From Heptranchias perlo (lineage: Eukaryota), in assembly GCF_035084215.1 (NCBI RefSeq), contig NC_090341.1, positions 22,630,001 through 22,694,000 of the forward strand: a stretch of DNA of 64,000 bases, written 5' to 3'. Below the pieces are notes generated by a model, which did not search any database, was not told where the DNA came from, and worked only from the letters and a program-made list of their open reading frames with translations. Positions 38,246 to 49,503 of the stretch are shown one piece after another; the stretch's first letter is position 1, and every line of letters begins with the position of its first letter. The position numbers were made by a program, and so were the translations under genes.

Positions 38246-41159
38246 CAGTTATGCATTTAAATAATGTATATGCAGGATGCCCATTGCTTAAAAGAACCGC
38301 CAGACAAGAGGAGGTCATTGTAGTTACAGTTGGCCGAGGTCTAAAAGGCTAAAAATGCAAAGTTACTGAAGTTATACAAGTCTCAATTTCTTGATGTCTA
38401 TACACCCAAAAGCACTGCTACCAGCAATTTTAATAAAACAAAGATGTTTGATGGCAGTAATTCACTAAAAAAAAAAATTAGATTAAAATGTGATTAGGAA
38501 TTTAAGTTCCACCACAACTTTCAAAGGAAAATGACAGGCAGAAGGCACTATAATGATTTTTTTCCTGCTCTGTGATGCAGAACTTCAAATAGTAAATAAA
38601 TCTATAAAACTTTTAAAAAGTTTCACACAAATTCTCAGGACTTTAATAAGAGAAGATTAAACAACTGTTTATAATCTCCCAACTCAATTTTCAATTTCCC
38701 ACATCAAAATAACTGATGGTCTTTCAGCTGCCAGAGCTCCACAATAACATTTTGTAAGAACACACCAAGCTTTCAAAATCATTCCATTAGTCCCTTTACA
38801 TCACAGCACTGCCCCAGCAGTAGCCAAAGTTCAGCAGCAGAGTTGCCTCTGGAGACATCCATAATAAAAAAAGAGATAGTTTTCAGCAGCACCCTCAAAA
38901 CCAGAAAATATAAGTAGTATGGAGAAAAGGCACTGAATTGTGATTAAAAAGATAGGGCTACCAGAACTAACAAAATGGCAAAGGAGGTCAAAAGGTCGAC
39001 TCCTGCTCTTACAAATGGCCAATAGCTATTTTTTCTGAGCCAGGTGAGCTGGATATATAGTCTATCCATACAAGCCAGTGATGCAGTTTCCCAATCTTTG
39101 ATCTGTACAATCACCAGCCATCACAGTCATCAGGTGGCCAAAAATGAAGTTGTGACATTCTGTCCTTCAAAACCTATTTTGTGGCTGGTTGGAGCATTTT
39201 AAACTGAATTACACTAGGATAACTGGTTATGATAGCGATTAGAGCAACTTGATGTGATGAATTAAAAATACCACAAAAGGAACCAAGAGACAACACTGAA
39301 GCTGTTAACTTGTATGATTCTACACCCACCCCAGTATTTTCATCTGTTACAAATTTGGGTCCTCAAAGAAAGTTACGGCACAGAAGGAGGCCATTCGGCC
39401 CATCATGTCCGTGCCATCTTCTGTGGATATGTTTTCATGCTCAGTGACATCAGTTGCTCTCGTAAGCAGTCTCGGTGGGAGTTGACTCACAGTCTTAAAT
39501 CTACTTGTACTATAGCATAATTACTGGTTGTAACAAAAGCAACCCTTTGTGACGTGAAACAGATGTGTGTCTTTTGCACATGTATGGCTTCAATCTCTCC
39601 GAAGGCAGTCTGACAAAACATGGTGAGAAGAGGTCTGATATGAGTCATTAAGCTGCTTTATTCCACAGTGATGTGAACAGAATGGTGTTATAATCAAAGA
39701 TTTAATTCAAATTTATCCTCACAATGATATAAAATAAAGATGAAGCCTCCAAAATAAGGAACGCTCCCCATCAGTAGGTCATCTTACTTGACTTAAATAT
39801 GACTTAACTGTTCTTCCAGCATTTCTGACCTCCTAGTTTCAGCAAAAGCCCATACAGCATTCTCTTTATTAAGAATCTGACTGCCTGCACGGCACCTGTT
39901 TCCAAAAACTCTGTTTCCAGCCAAAAAGAGATGGAAGACTTTCCAATACAATGGGCATGGTGTTTTTCAATTGCCAAAACAGTCTTAACAAATTATGTAT
40001 TACTTACAGTCTATGGAGAGACAACAACACTAACTCATTAGCATCTTGTTTTTAAAATTTAACTGAATGCATAATGCTTTTAAAAATCCATTCTAAGTAA
40101 CTCTTTTTTCCAAATGCTGGGGAAAACTGGTCAAAAAAAAAATCATAAAACATGCAAGTATTGATACACTAAATAAGCCTTGTGATAATAATGGACTACT
40201 CCCCTCGGAGCACCTCACCTCCACTCACCACCTTAATGTCCCAACCACAAAAGAAATTCAGCCCATGAACAATATACCAATATGCCACAATAATGGTCTG
40301 CCCTTCTCCACCATTGATTGCAGCAAACCTGTGCAATTCTGCAAAGAGTCAATTTGTTAGTGGCTTAGCAGGAGATCAGAGGGTAGCAACCAACAAACCA
40401 GCACCCACAGGGCACCCACACGAAATGATAATGTGGAAGAAGGGACTGATGATTTTGAAATACTGAAATAAAGTTAGTATATAAAATATTTGGGGAAAAA
40501 AATAGTACAGGAGAAACAGAATTCCAAGGTGGCAGTACCCAATTTTTTATCATGCATACACAACCAGAAATTTAATGACTAGCACTAAGAGCTAAAGTTA
40601 CAGTTTGTAATATCTTTTACATATAGCACAAGTAAAATGAAGTTCATGCTCCCACAACAATCAATTTCTTTGGTCAAAGTTTCATAAAATCTAAAAAAAT
40701 GTTACATGAACAAAGCACAACCAAGCAATTTTTTCACAAGATGCACAAACTGGACCACATCTGAAACTGTAGACAACATTGTGCATCATTCTACTTCAGC
40801 TGTGAGGAACCACAGGGTTTCCCAGATGTAGTCTCTATTCCTTGCCATATGCTGACGGGCTATGGCTCCTACAATTCTGTTAACTGCCTCGTTACCACTA
40901 GCTCAACAGTTCACAGAATCCTAGTTAGTTAGCTAGCTTCAAATTAACAGAGGTAAAGCCTACCAATACTCCTAATGGGAGCCAAACCACACTATATCAA
41001 TAGTGATTATAAACCAGTTTGAAACTTTAACAAATGCAGATATGTCTGTGTAAAAAAAACTAACACTCATGCTATAGTGGTAACATCTCCGAGTTAATAA
41101 GAAACTGGGAACGGCTATGATAAAAAATTGTTTTTGGAGTTTATTTTAATTTAAGTGTT

Positions 41160-44100
41160 CACGGGCAGAAATTGCAAGAGAAAGCAGGACTTCAAAGGTA
41201 GTGATCTCAGGATTACTACCAGTGCCACGTGCTAGTGAGTATAGGAACAGGAAAACAGACCGGATGAACACGTGGCTGCAGGGATGGTGTAGGAGGGAGG
41301 GATTTAGATTCATGGGACATTGGGACCGGTTCTGGGGAAGGTGGGACCTGTACAAGCGGGACGGGTCACACCCGAGCAGGACCGGGACCAATGTCCTCGC
41401 GGGGGTGTTTGCTAGTGCTGTTGGGGAAGGTTTAAACAAGAGTGGCAGGGGAATGGGAACCTGAGCGGGGAGTCAGAAGGGAGTAAAGTTGAGAGCAGCA
41501 AGAGAGGGGAAGACCCAGGGGGAATTTACAATACAAATAGAACAAACAGTTGTTCAAGAACAAGTGAAAGGGAAAAGCGTAGAGCAGCAGAAAGAAAGTG
41601 TACTTTAGACACTACAGATAAAGTGAAAACTAGAAGGTGTAAGACGATTAACCCAGCATCAAAGCTGAAGGTCAGGCTAGGGTGTGTGGCCCAACTAAGA
41701 GTTCGATATACAAATGCATGGAGTATAAGGAATAAATTAAATGAACTACAGGTTCAAATTCAAATTGGAGGGTATGACATGATAGCTATTACTGAGACAT
41801 GGCTGCAGGATGGTCAGGATTGGGAACTAAATATACCGGGTTATAAGGTCCACAGGAGAGACAAGGAAAATGGAAGAGGGGGAGGAGTAGCCTTAATGAT
41901 TAGAGAGGAAATCACTTCAATGATAAAGGATATAACGAGAGGTAAGCAGTCAACAGAGATCTTATGGATTGAATTGAGAAATGGGAAAGGATCTAAGACT
42001 ATAGTGGGAATTGTGCATAGGACCCCTGGCAGCAGCTCTGAAGTGCTAGATTGTATAAATGCAGTGATTAGACAAGCGTGTAACAAAGGCATAGTGGTCT
42101 TAATGGGGGACTTTAACCTTCACATAGATTGGGAAAAGCAGACTAGCAACTGTCAGAAAGGTAGTGAATTTCTTGAGTGGGTCCGGGATAGTTTTCTACA
42201 GCAGTATGTCCTAGAGGCAACAAGGGGGCAAGCCATACTAGATTTAGTAATGAACCAGATTTAGTTAACGGCTTAACTGTGTGTGAACATCTATCCAATA
42301 GCGATCATAACATGATTGCGTTCAATGTAGTGTTTGAAAGGGAAAAAAAGTGAGTCAGCTGCCAAGACTCTAGACTTGGGTACGGCCGACTTCAATGGGA
42401 TGAGACAGAGACTGTCCACAGTAAACTGGGCAAATCTGTTAATGGGTAAAACGACTGAAGATCAGTGGGAAATGTTTAAAGAAACATTTAACATGATACA
42501 GAATCGGGGTATACCCAAGGGGCAAGAACTCTACTTGCCAAAAAAAACAGCCATGGACAACTAAAGAGGCAAGGGACAGGCGAATGGGAAAGATACAAAG
42601 ATCAACAAAGGGTCACAAAACAGATAGTAAGAGCTACAAAAAGAGAGTATGAAAAGAAACTTGCAAGAGATATCAAAACCAATACGAAGAACTTTTATAG
42701 TTACATTAGGAAAAAGAGGGTGGTCAGGAGCAGTGTTGGCCCCTTAAAAACTGAAAGTGGGGATATTGTCATTGACAATGGGGAAATGGCGGAAATGTTG
42801 AACGATTACTTTGCGTCAGTATTTACAGTAGAAAAAGAGGATAGCATGCCGGAAATCCCAAGAAAACTAATATTAAATCGGGGACAGGGACTCAATGAAA
42901 TTAATATAAGTAAAGCAACAGTAATGAAGAAAATAATAGCACTAAAGAGTGACAAATCCCCAGGACCAGATGGTTTCCACCCCAGGGTTTTAAAGGAAGT
43001 AGGTGAGCACATTGCAGATGCCCGAACTATAATCTTTCAAAGTTCTCTAGATACAGGAACCGTCCCTCTGGATTGGAAAATTGCACATGTCACTCCGCTT
43101 TTTAAGAAAGGAGAGAGAGGGAAACCGGGGAATTATAGACTAGTTAACCTAACATCTGTTGTGGGGAAAACGCTGGAGTCTCTAATTAAGGATAAGGTGA
43201 CTGAACACCTCGAGAATTTTCAGTTAATCAGAGAGAGCCAGCATGGATTTGTGAAAGATAGGTCGTGCCTGACAAACCTGATTGAATTTTTTGAAGAGGT
43301 GACTAAAGTAGTGGACAGGGGAATGTCAATGGATGTTATTTATATGGACTTACAGAAGGCATATGATAAAGTCCCACATAAGAAACTGTTAGCTAAGATA
43401 GAAGCCCATGGAATTGAGGGAAAAGTACGGACTTGGTTAGGAAGTTGGCTGAGCGAAAGGCGACAGAGAGTAAGGCAGGATGTGACTAGTGGAGTCCCGC
43501 AGGGATCTGTCTTGGGGCCTCAATTATTCACAATATTTATTAACGACTTAGATGAAGGCATAGAAAGTCTCATATCTAAGTTTGCCGATGACACAAAGAT
43601 TGGTGGCATTGTAAGCAGTGGAGATGAAAACATAAAATTACAAAGCGATATTGATAGATTAGGTGAATGGGCTAAACTGTGGCAAATGGAATTCAATGTC
43701 GACAAATGTGAGGTCGTCCACTTTGGATCAAAAAAGGATCGAACAGGGTACTTTCCAAATGGTAAAAAGTTAAAAACTGTGGATGTCCAAAGGGACCTAG
43801 GGGTTCAGGTACATAGATCATTGAAGTGTCATAAACAGGTGCAGAAAATAATCAATAAGGCTAATGGAATGCTGGCCTTTATATCTAGAGGACTGGAGTA
43901 CAAGGGGGCAGAAGTTATGCTGCAGCTATACAAAACCCTGGTTAGACCGCACCTGGAGTACTGTGAGCAGTTCTGGGCACCGCACCTTCGGAAGGACATA
44001 TTGGCCTTGGAGGGAGCGCAGCGTAGGTTTACTAGAATGATACCCGGACTTCAAGGGTTAAGTTACGAGGAGAGATTACACAAATTGGGGTTGTATTCTC

Positions 44101-44487
44101 TGGAGTTTAGAAGGTTAAGGGGTGATCTGATCAAAGTTTATAAGGTATTAAGGGGAACAGATAGGGTGGATAGAGAGAAACTATTTCCGCTGGTTGGGGA
44201 TTCTAGGAGTAGGGGGCACAGTCTAAAAATTAGAGCCAGACCATTCAACAGTGAGATTAGAAAACATTTCTACACACAAAGGGTGGTAGAAGTTTGGAAC
44301 TCTCTTCAGCAAATGGCAATTGATACCAGCTCAATTGCTAAATTTAAATGTGAGATAGATAGCTTTTTGGCAAAGGTATTAAGGGATTAAGGTATATGGA
44401 GTTAGATCACAGATCAGCCATGATCTTATCAAATGGCGGAGCAGGCACGAGAGGCTGAATGGCCCACTCCTATTCCTATGTTCCTAA
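41160..44487 (+). mobile_element. CR1 LINE, 5'-truncated within ORF1; ORF2 endonuclease (41623-42264) and reverse transcriptase (42720-44390) split by frameshifts
   Basis: IISGLLP esterase end, AITETWL / MGDFN endonuclease, KSPGPDG, QHGF, GVPQGSVLGP, FADD, and tail tcctattcctatgttccta. Confidence 0.95.
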
Positions 44488-44724
44488 GTAGAAACAAAGA
44501 CGATAGGAAATAAAACCAAAAAAAAGTATTAAAAAAGCTTGAAAGAGCATAAAGTAAACAAGAAGAAAAACTAAGAAACAAGTAAAAGGAAGACTCTGGG
44601 AGTTGATAGTACTTCATATGCTGGGCAGCAAGCCCTGCCATATGCTTTACCAAAAGAACGCTAAATGTTCAATTGCAGGGATGGAAAGCATTTTTACGAG
44701 CAAATTGGATCAAAAGGACATTGA

Positions 44725-45280
44725 CAACTTACATTTATATCGCGCTTTTAACGTAGAAAAAAATCCTAAAGTACTTTAGAGATGCAATCAAAAAAAATGG
44801 ATGCCAAGCCAAAGGGGACATATTAGGAGCAAGCACCAGCTTGATGAGAGGTGGGTTTTAAGGAGGGTCTTAAAAGGAGGGCAGAGGTGGAGAGGCAAAT
44901 AGGTTTAGGAAAAGATTTCCAGAGCAACTGAAAGCAAAGCCACCAGTGGTGGAGATGAAGAGAAAGAGATGCACAAGAGGATGCAGTCATAGGAAGGGAG
45001 AATTCTGGGTGGGGTGTGGAAAGACTGGAGGGGCGAGGACATGGAGGGATTTAAACACGAGAATGAGAATTTTAAATTTGCGGTATTGGGGAACCAGCAG
45101 CCAAAGTAGGTCAGCGAGGAAGGGGCGATGGATGAGCGGGACATGATACTGGCAACAGTTTTTGATGAGCTGAAGTTTACAGAAGGCGGAGAATGGGAAG
45201 CTAGCCAGGAGAGCATAGGAACAGTCGAGTCTGGAGGTGTCAAATGAATGGATGAGGCTTCAGCAACAGATGAGCTGAGG
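44725..45280 (-). mobile_element. L2 LINE 3' fragment
   Basis: Similar to 21960-22500 and 9915-10390. Confidence 0.75.
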
Positions 45281-47574
45281 TACACAGTAATGTCAAAATA
45301 ATCAATGGTCCTCAAGCATTTCAAAGGGGCCGATACTATTGCATAGTTCCTCACAGCAGAAATGTGGTTGTACAGGACAACTTATCCCACACTTAATACT
45401 TCATCTACATAAGCAAGCAAAAGCCAAATGAGTTCACTTCTGCCACTGTTAATAACATGACTGCATAAAATCAGAGAAACTTTTTGGTGAATTTCCAAAA
45501 GTTGACATCTGAAAATGTGGTACTGACTTGGCTTTCCTGCTACTATTAACTGTGGCAGTAACAAAAGCAAACTGTAGCAAGCAAAAAAAAAAGGGTTGCA
45601 TCCAAACTCCATCTAGCTCCAAGGTGATACTCCTGCCTCTAGCACAATTTTTCGGAACACTCACCAGCACCCTGCCGCTTCGATACAAAACAGGCTAAGT
45701 TAGGGAGCAAATAAAATTTAAACTCCATGTGCCAATGCACCATATACATCGTATCCACATCTTGATTTCAAGTTATAGTATCAATCATCTAATCGCCTGA
45801 TGATAGCCTTGACATATTTATTGTACTTCCATTTTACTAGTCTGATCAAGGGAGTACAATCACAGAACCACCGCATTTGCTGGTTGGTTGACCAATCAGT
45901 TGATAAACATAACCACATGGAAAATCAATGACTAATGAAATTCTCATTTTACCCTTGCCCAGAAAATCCTACCAAAGCCCGAAGGACACTTTAACCCAAT
46001 TTTAGTAACTTAGTGAAAACCACAGGGTTTAATTCAGAATACTCTTTAAAAACAGCACATTTTTAATTGTGGATACAACTAATAACCATAAAGTAGTTTA
46101 GACATGAGGTTAAAGTTCAATTTTTCATACAGGATTCCCATACAATTGCAAGCACTCCAACCTGAACATTTTTTTTTAAGGGTATGGTGCCTTACAGGTT
46201 ACTATTTCAGAATTTTGAGTCAATTGAAATTACATTGCTATTTCTTTTTTATTTAGAAAGTTTAAGGCTTTTTTTTTTGCAAGTGGCAAAAGTGGCTTAA
46301 AAACTCGAGTTCAAATATTCAGTGAATGTTTAAAATTTACCAACTTTACTACTTCACATTTGGACTGAAATCACATGCTTGAACTTTGTCTGAAATGTTA
46401 GTTGTAAATCAGTACTTAAAAAGGAGATAGGCAGATTAGCAGATTTCCTGCGACACTGTTTAAAGTCAGAAGATACATGGTTTTATAACAATAGGGGTGT
46501 TTATGCCAGGGAGGGTATAACATCAGGGCCACTGATTCAATGATACAAGTCAAATTCCATTTTTATTAAATGGTATTCTGAAATTTGTACTGGTGCTTTG
46601 GTGATAGAATAATGGACAGTGACAGAATTCAGTGAAAACTATTAAATGAATGATGTATAAAATTAAATATAGCCCTTTACCTAGATGTACTTAGCTTTAA
46701 AACTAAAAATATAGAGCAAAGATGATGTATAAGATGTACTCGTTGAAGTCAGGTATTTGGTATTTATTTAGCAGTGTTGGATAGGATGAGTGGGGACAGT
46801 CCTGTGATTTGTTGCACTGGGGACGATCTTACACTTTAGCAGTACTGAGGAATGGTCCTGGCCTCTGGCAGCAGTGTGAGACAACCCTGGGCTTTGGCTT
46901 AATTTGGGGCAGAGATCCTGAAGTCTTACAGCACTGTGGTGGAGCTGCTGAGATTTACCAACATAAGCAGAGCCTTTGGACTGGCATCGCTGTGGAGATA
47001 GAACATGGGTTTTGGCAGAACTATGGAGGGGAATGTAGGGTTTGGTTCACTGATGGATTCCTTGTGCCCGTCAGCAATAAAGGAAAATGGACATTCAGGA
47101 TCTGACAGCACTGGTTTATAACTATCTAAGAGATCTCTGCACAAGAAATTTGGTATTTTGTGATTAGTTCCTGGAAGTGTATCTCTCTGTCTGACCCTCT
47201 CTCTACCTGTGTCACCGTCTCTCTCTCTCTCTACCTCTATCTAACATGTGTCAGCAAGTAGAGTGTTTACATTATCAACAAAACAGAGATAATCAAGAGC
47301 CAAGTCTTTATTTCTCAAAATTCAACTTGTTTTTTTTAAAAACTCAAATTAAGATGAAAAGGACACTGTTCCTTTTTCTCTCTCAAGTGTCAGTAATTAG
47401 AATGTTTGCACTTTCTAACTATTGAAAAATCACATGTAATCCCAAACCCCAGTAAAAATCCCAGTACATTCCTATTACTTCCTGTAATACTTTCCCTGTT
47501 ACACTTCCTCTAGCATTGGTGTTAGAAAACAGCATATCCTCCAAATCACCATGCGCAATGCCAAGGCAGATCTG

Positions 47575-47827
47575 CTAGTAATATGTCTTGTCTATAATAT
47601 GTCAGCTAGTCTTGTATATAGCATGCACTTCCTGCAATTGTCACATTTATTAATTGTAACCATGTGATTTATATCATTTGGGAACTCTCTCATATCCATT
47701 TATAAGAGAACTGATCTAGGGTGTGGTGGGTGTAATGTGCATCTCTGTAAATAAAGGCTAGAAGCAATTGAAGACTAGGCTCTAGTATTCTATCCTTCAC
47801 CACCTGGCTATCCAGTTTGGAACAACA
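47575..47827 (+). mobile_element. Possible solo LTR
   Basis: TATA-like tttataag, AATAAA and an end in AACA. The 5' boundary and target duplication are not resolved. Confidence 0.4.
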
Positions 47828-48199
47828 TTTACTTCTGGTCACATTTTCCTCGGCACAGTCCCATCGTTATAAAACAGCATATGCTGCGACTCACCATGAA
47901 CAATGCGATAGGGGATCCTGTATTGTGATTTATGCTATAATGTTTCCATTCTAAACGAATATCCTCCTATTCACCATGAGCAAAGCCACAAGAAACCCAC
48001 ATATCTATAACATACTAAAAGTCTTATTTGTATCACAACTAAGACCTCACACCTGCTATTTTTAGTTTAATTTAATCTAAACTTCTTTACTTCATTTCAA
48101 TTTCTGGTTTTTTTGACCCTCAGAAAACAGCTTTTAGCTTAGGAATTCCTGATGTCTGCTTTTTTGCATTCCCACCCATTACTAAATTACTTTGATAAT

Positions 48200-48938
48200 G
48201 ACCCATAAATTGGTCTGAGCGGCAAACCAACATTGCTCGCCGCTCACTGGATTTAAACTCACCCACTAAGTTCTTTTTGGTGGCGATCCTTGAAATGAGA
48301 GTTCAAAAAACTGCAGGGTTCTTTCTTGGGCTGTGTGAGCTGGGAAAGGACCACTATGTCCCCTCAACCAATCAGCTTGAAGCAAGCCATGCTGTCAGAA
48401 CCAGGAACTGAAACTCATTTACAAACCGTGCACTAAAAACCAGGTGGTGCCTGATAAGGTTAGTAAATGTACTAGAATGTGAAATAAAGAGGATAAAATT
48501 AAAAGAATGAGATTAAGAAAAAGTTAAAACTAAAAATTAAATTTAATTTTTTTTAAATGTCCAAAAACTGTTAAAATCAGGAGTAATGAAATTCCACATT
48601 TCTAAAAGTTAATTTTCAGTGCCAGAGGTGTCTTTTGGCAGTCTTTAATACTTACCAAGCCGTAAAAAGTTAGTTTAGATCTAAAAAAAACTCAGAGTTC
48701 CTTTTTTGTGGCGAGATTAGTTAGTTTCCAGCTGGGCAGGAGAGCAAGTTTGCGCAGGTCCATTGATTGTAGCCAGCCAGGTCTTTTTACCGTGAAGCCT
48801 TCAGATCACTGGTGAATCAGGAAGAACAAGTTCCGGATTTCCACATTTCACTGCGCATGTGCGCTCTCCAGAACTTGCTCTTCCATTTTCGCTGAAACAA
48901 CGGTGTTTCACCGTTATTAGAAGAGCAATTTCCGGGTC
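48200..48938. mobile_element. MITE-like non-autonomous DNA transposon
   Basis: TIRs GACCCATAAATTG / CAATTTCCGGGTC, flanked by AAT / ATT. Confidence 0.6.
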
Positions 48939-49462
48939 ATTGTATTTTGTCGATTCCCACTTAACATGTTATTTATTTGTTCCCCAACTTGTTTGCTTCT
49001 CAGTTTATTTAGTTAATTTTCCACAATCATTTCCACATTCCCTCTGCCTAATAAGTCCACTACCCCAGAGGCTGCAATTTAATCCTCATTGCCCAAGAAG
49101 CCATCATTTAATTCCTATGACCATTATTCAGAAACCTGTTGTCTGCCAGAGAAACAAATGTCACTCCATGCTATCAGACAAGCTCACACCATTTCCTTCA
49201 TCTCCTTGCTGACCGCCTACTGCCCCAGAAACCTGCCGAGTTAATTTAGTTCTAATTTGTTCCCCACAAATTTAGCTTTATTATTTTCTCTCCCTCTCTC
49301 CTGCTTCACTGCTGTTTATTTACTTATATCTTCCAAATTTTTAGCTCCCTACTTGCTCCCACCGCTCAAGAAGCCTACCTCCAACATTATGTAACTAGAA
49401 TTTGTTCAATTGCCACTGCTGTTATTTTTTTTTTAAATTAATAAATTTGGGGATCCCCTTTC

Positions 49463-49503
49463 AGTTACCTGACGAAGGAGAAATCCTCCGAAAGCTTGTG
49501 ATT
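49463..49503 (+). ncRNA. Minimal type I hammerhead ribozyme motif in a Penelope-like terminal repeat insertion (49468-49552)
   Basis: agttac-CTGACGA-A-GGAG-aaatc-CTCC-GAAA-GC-TT-gtgatt; 8-bp direct repeat TTCAGTTA at 49460-49467 and 49553-49560. Confidence 0.65.

Noticed and set aside
42720-44390. RT ORF as a host gene, retron or novel RT system
   Set aside because: Ordinary CR1 ORF2 with flanking ORF1, endonuclease and CR1 3' tail.
47520-47990. CRISPR-like repeat array
   Set aside because: Only three degenerate, irregularly spaced copies in eukaryotic DNA, with no cas genes.
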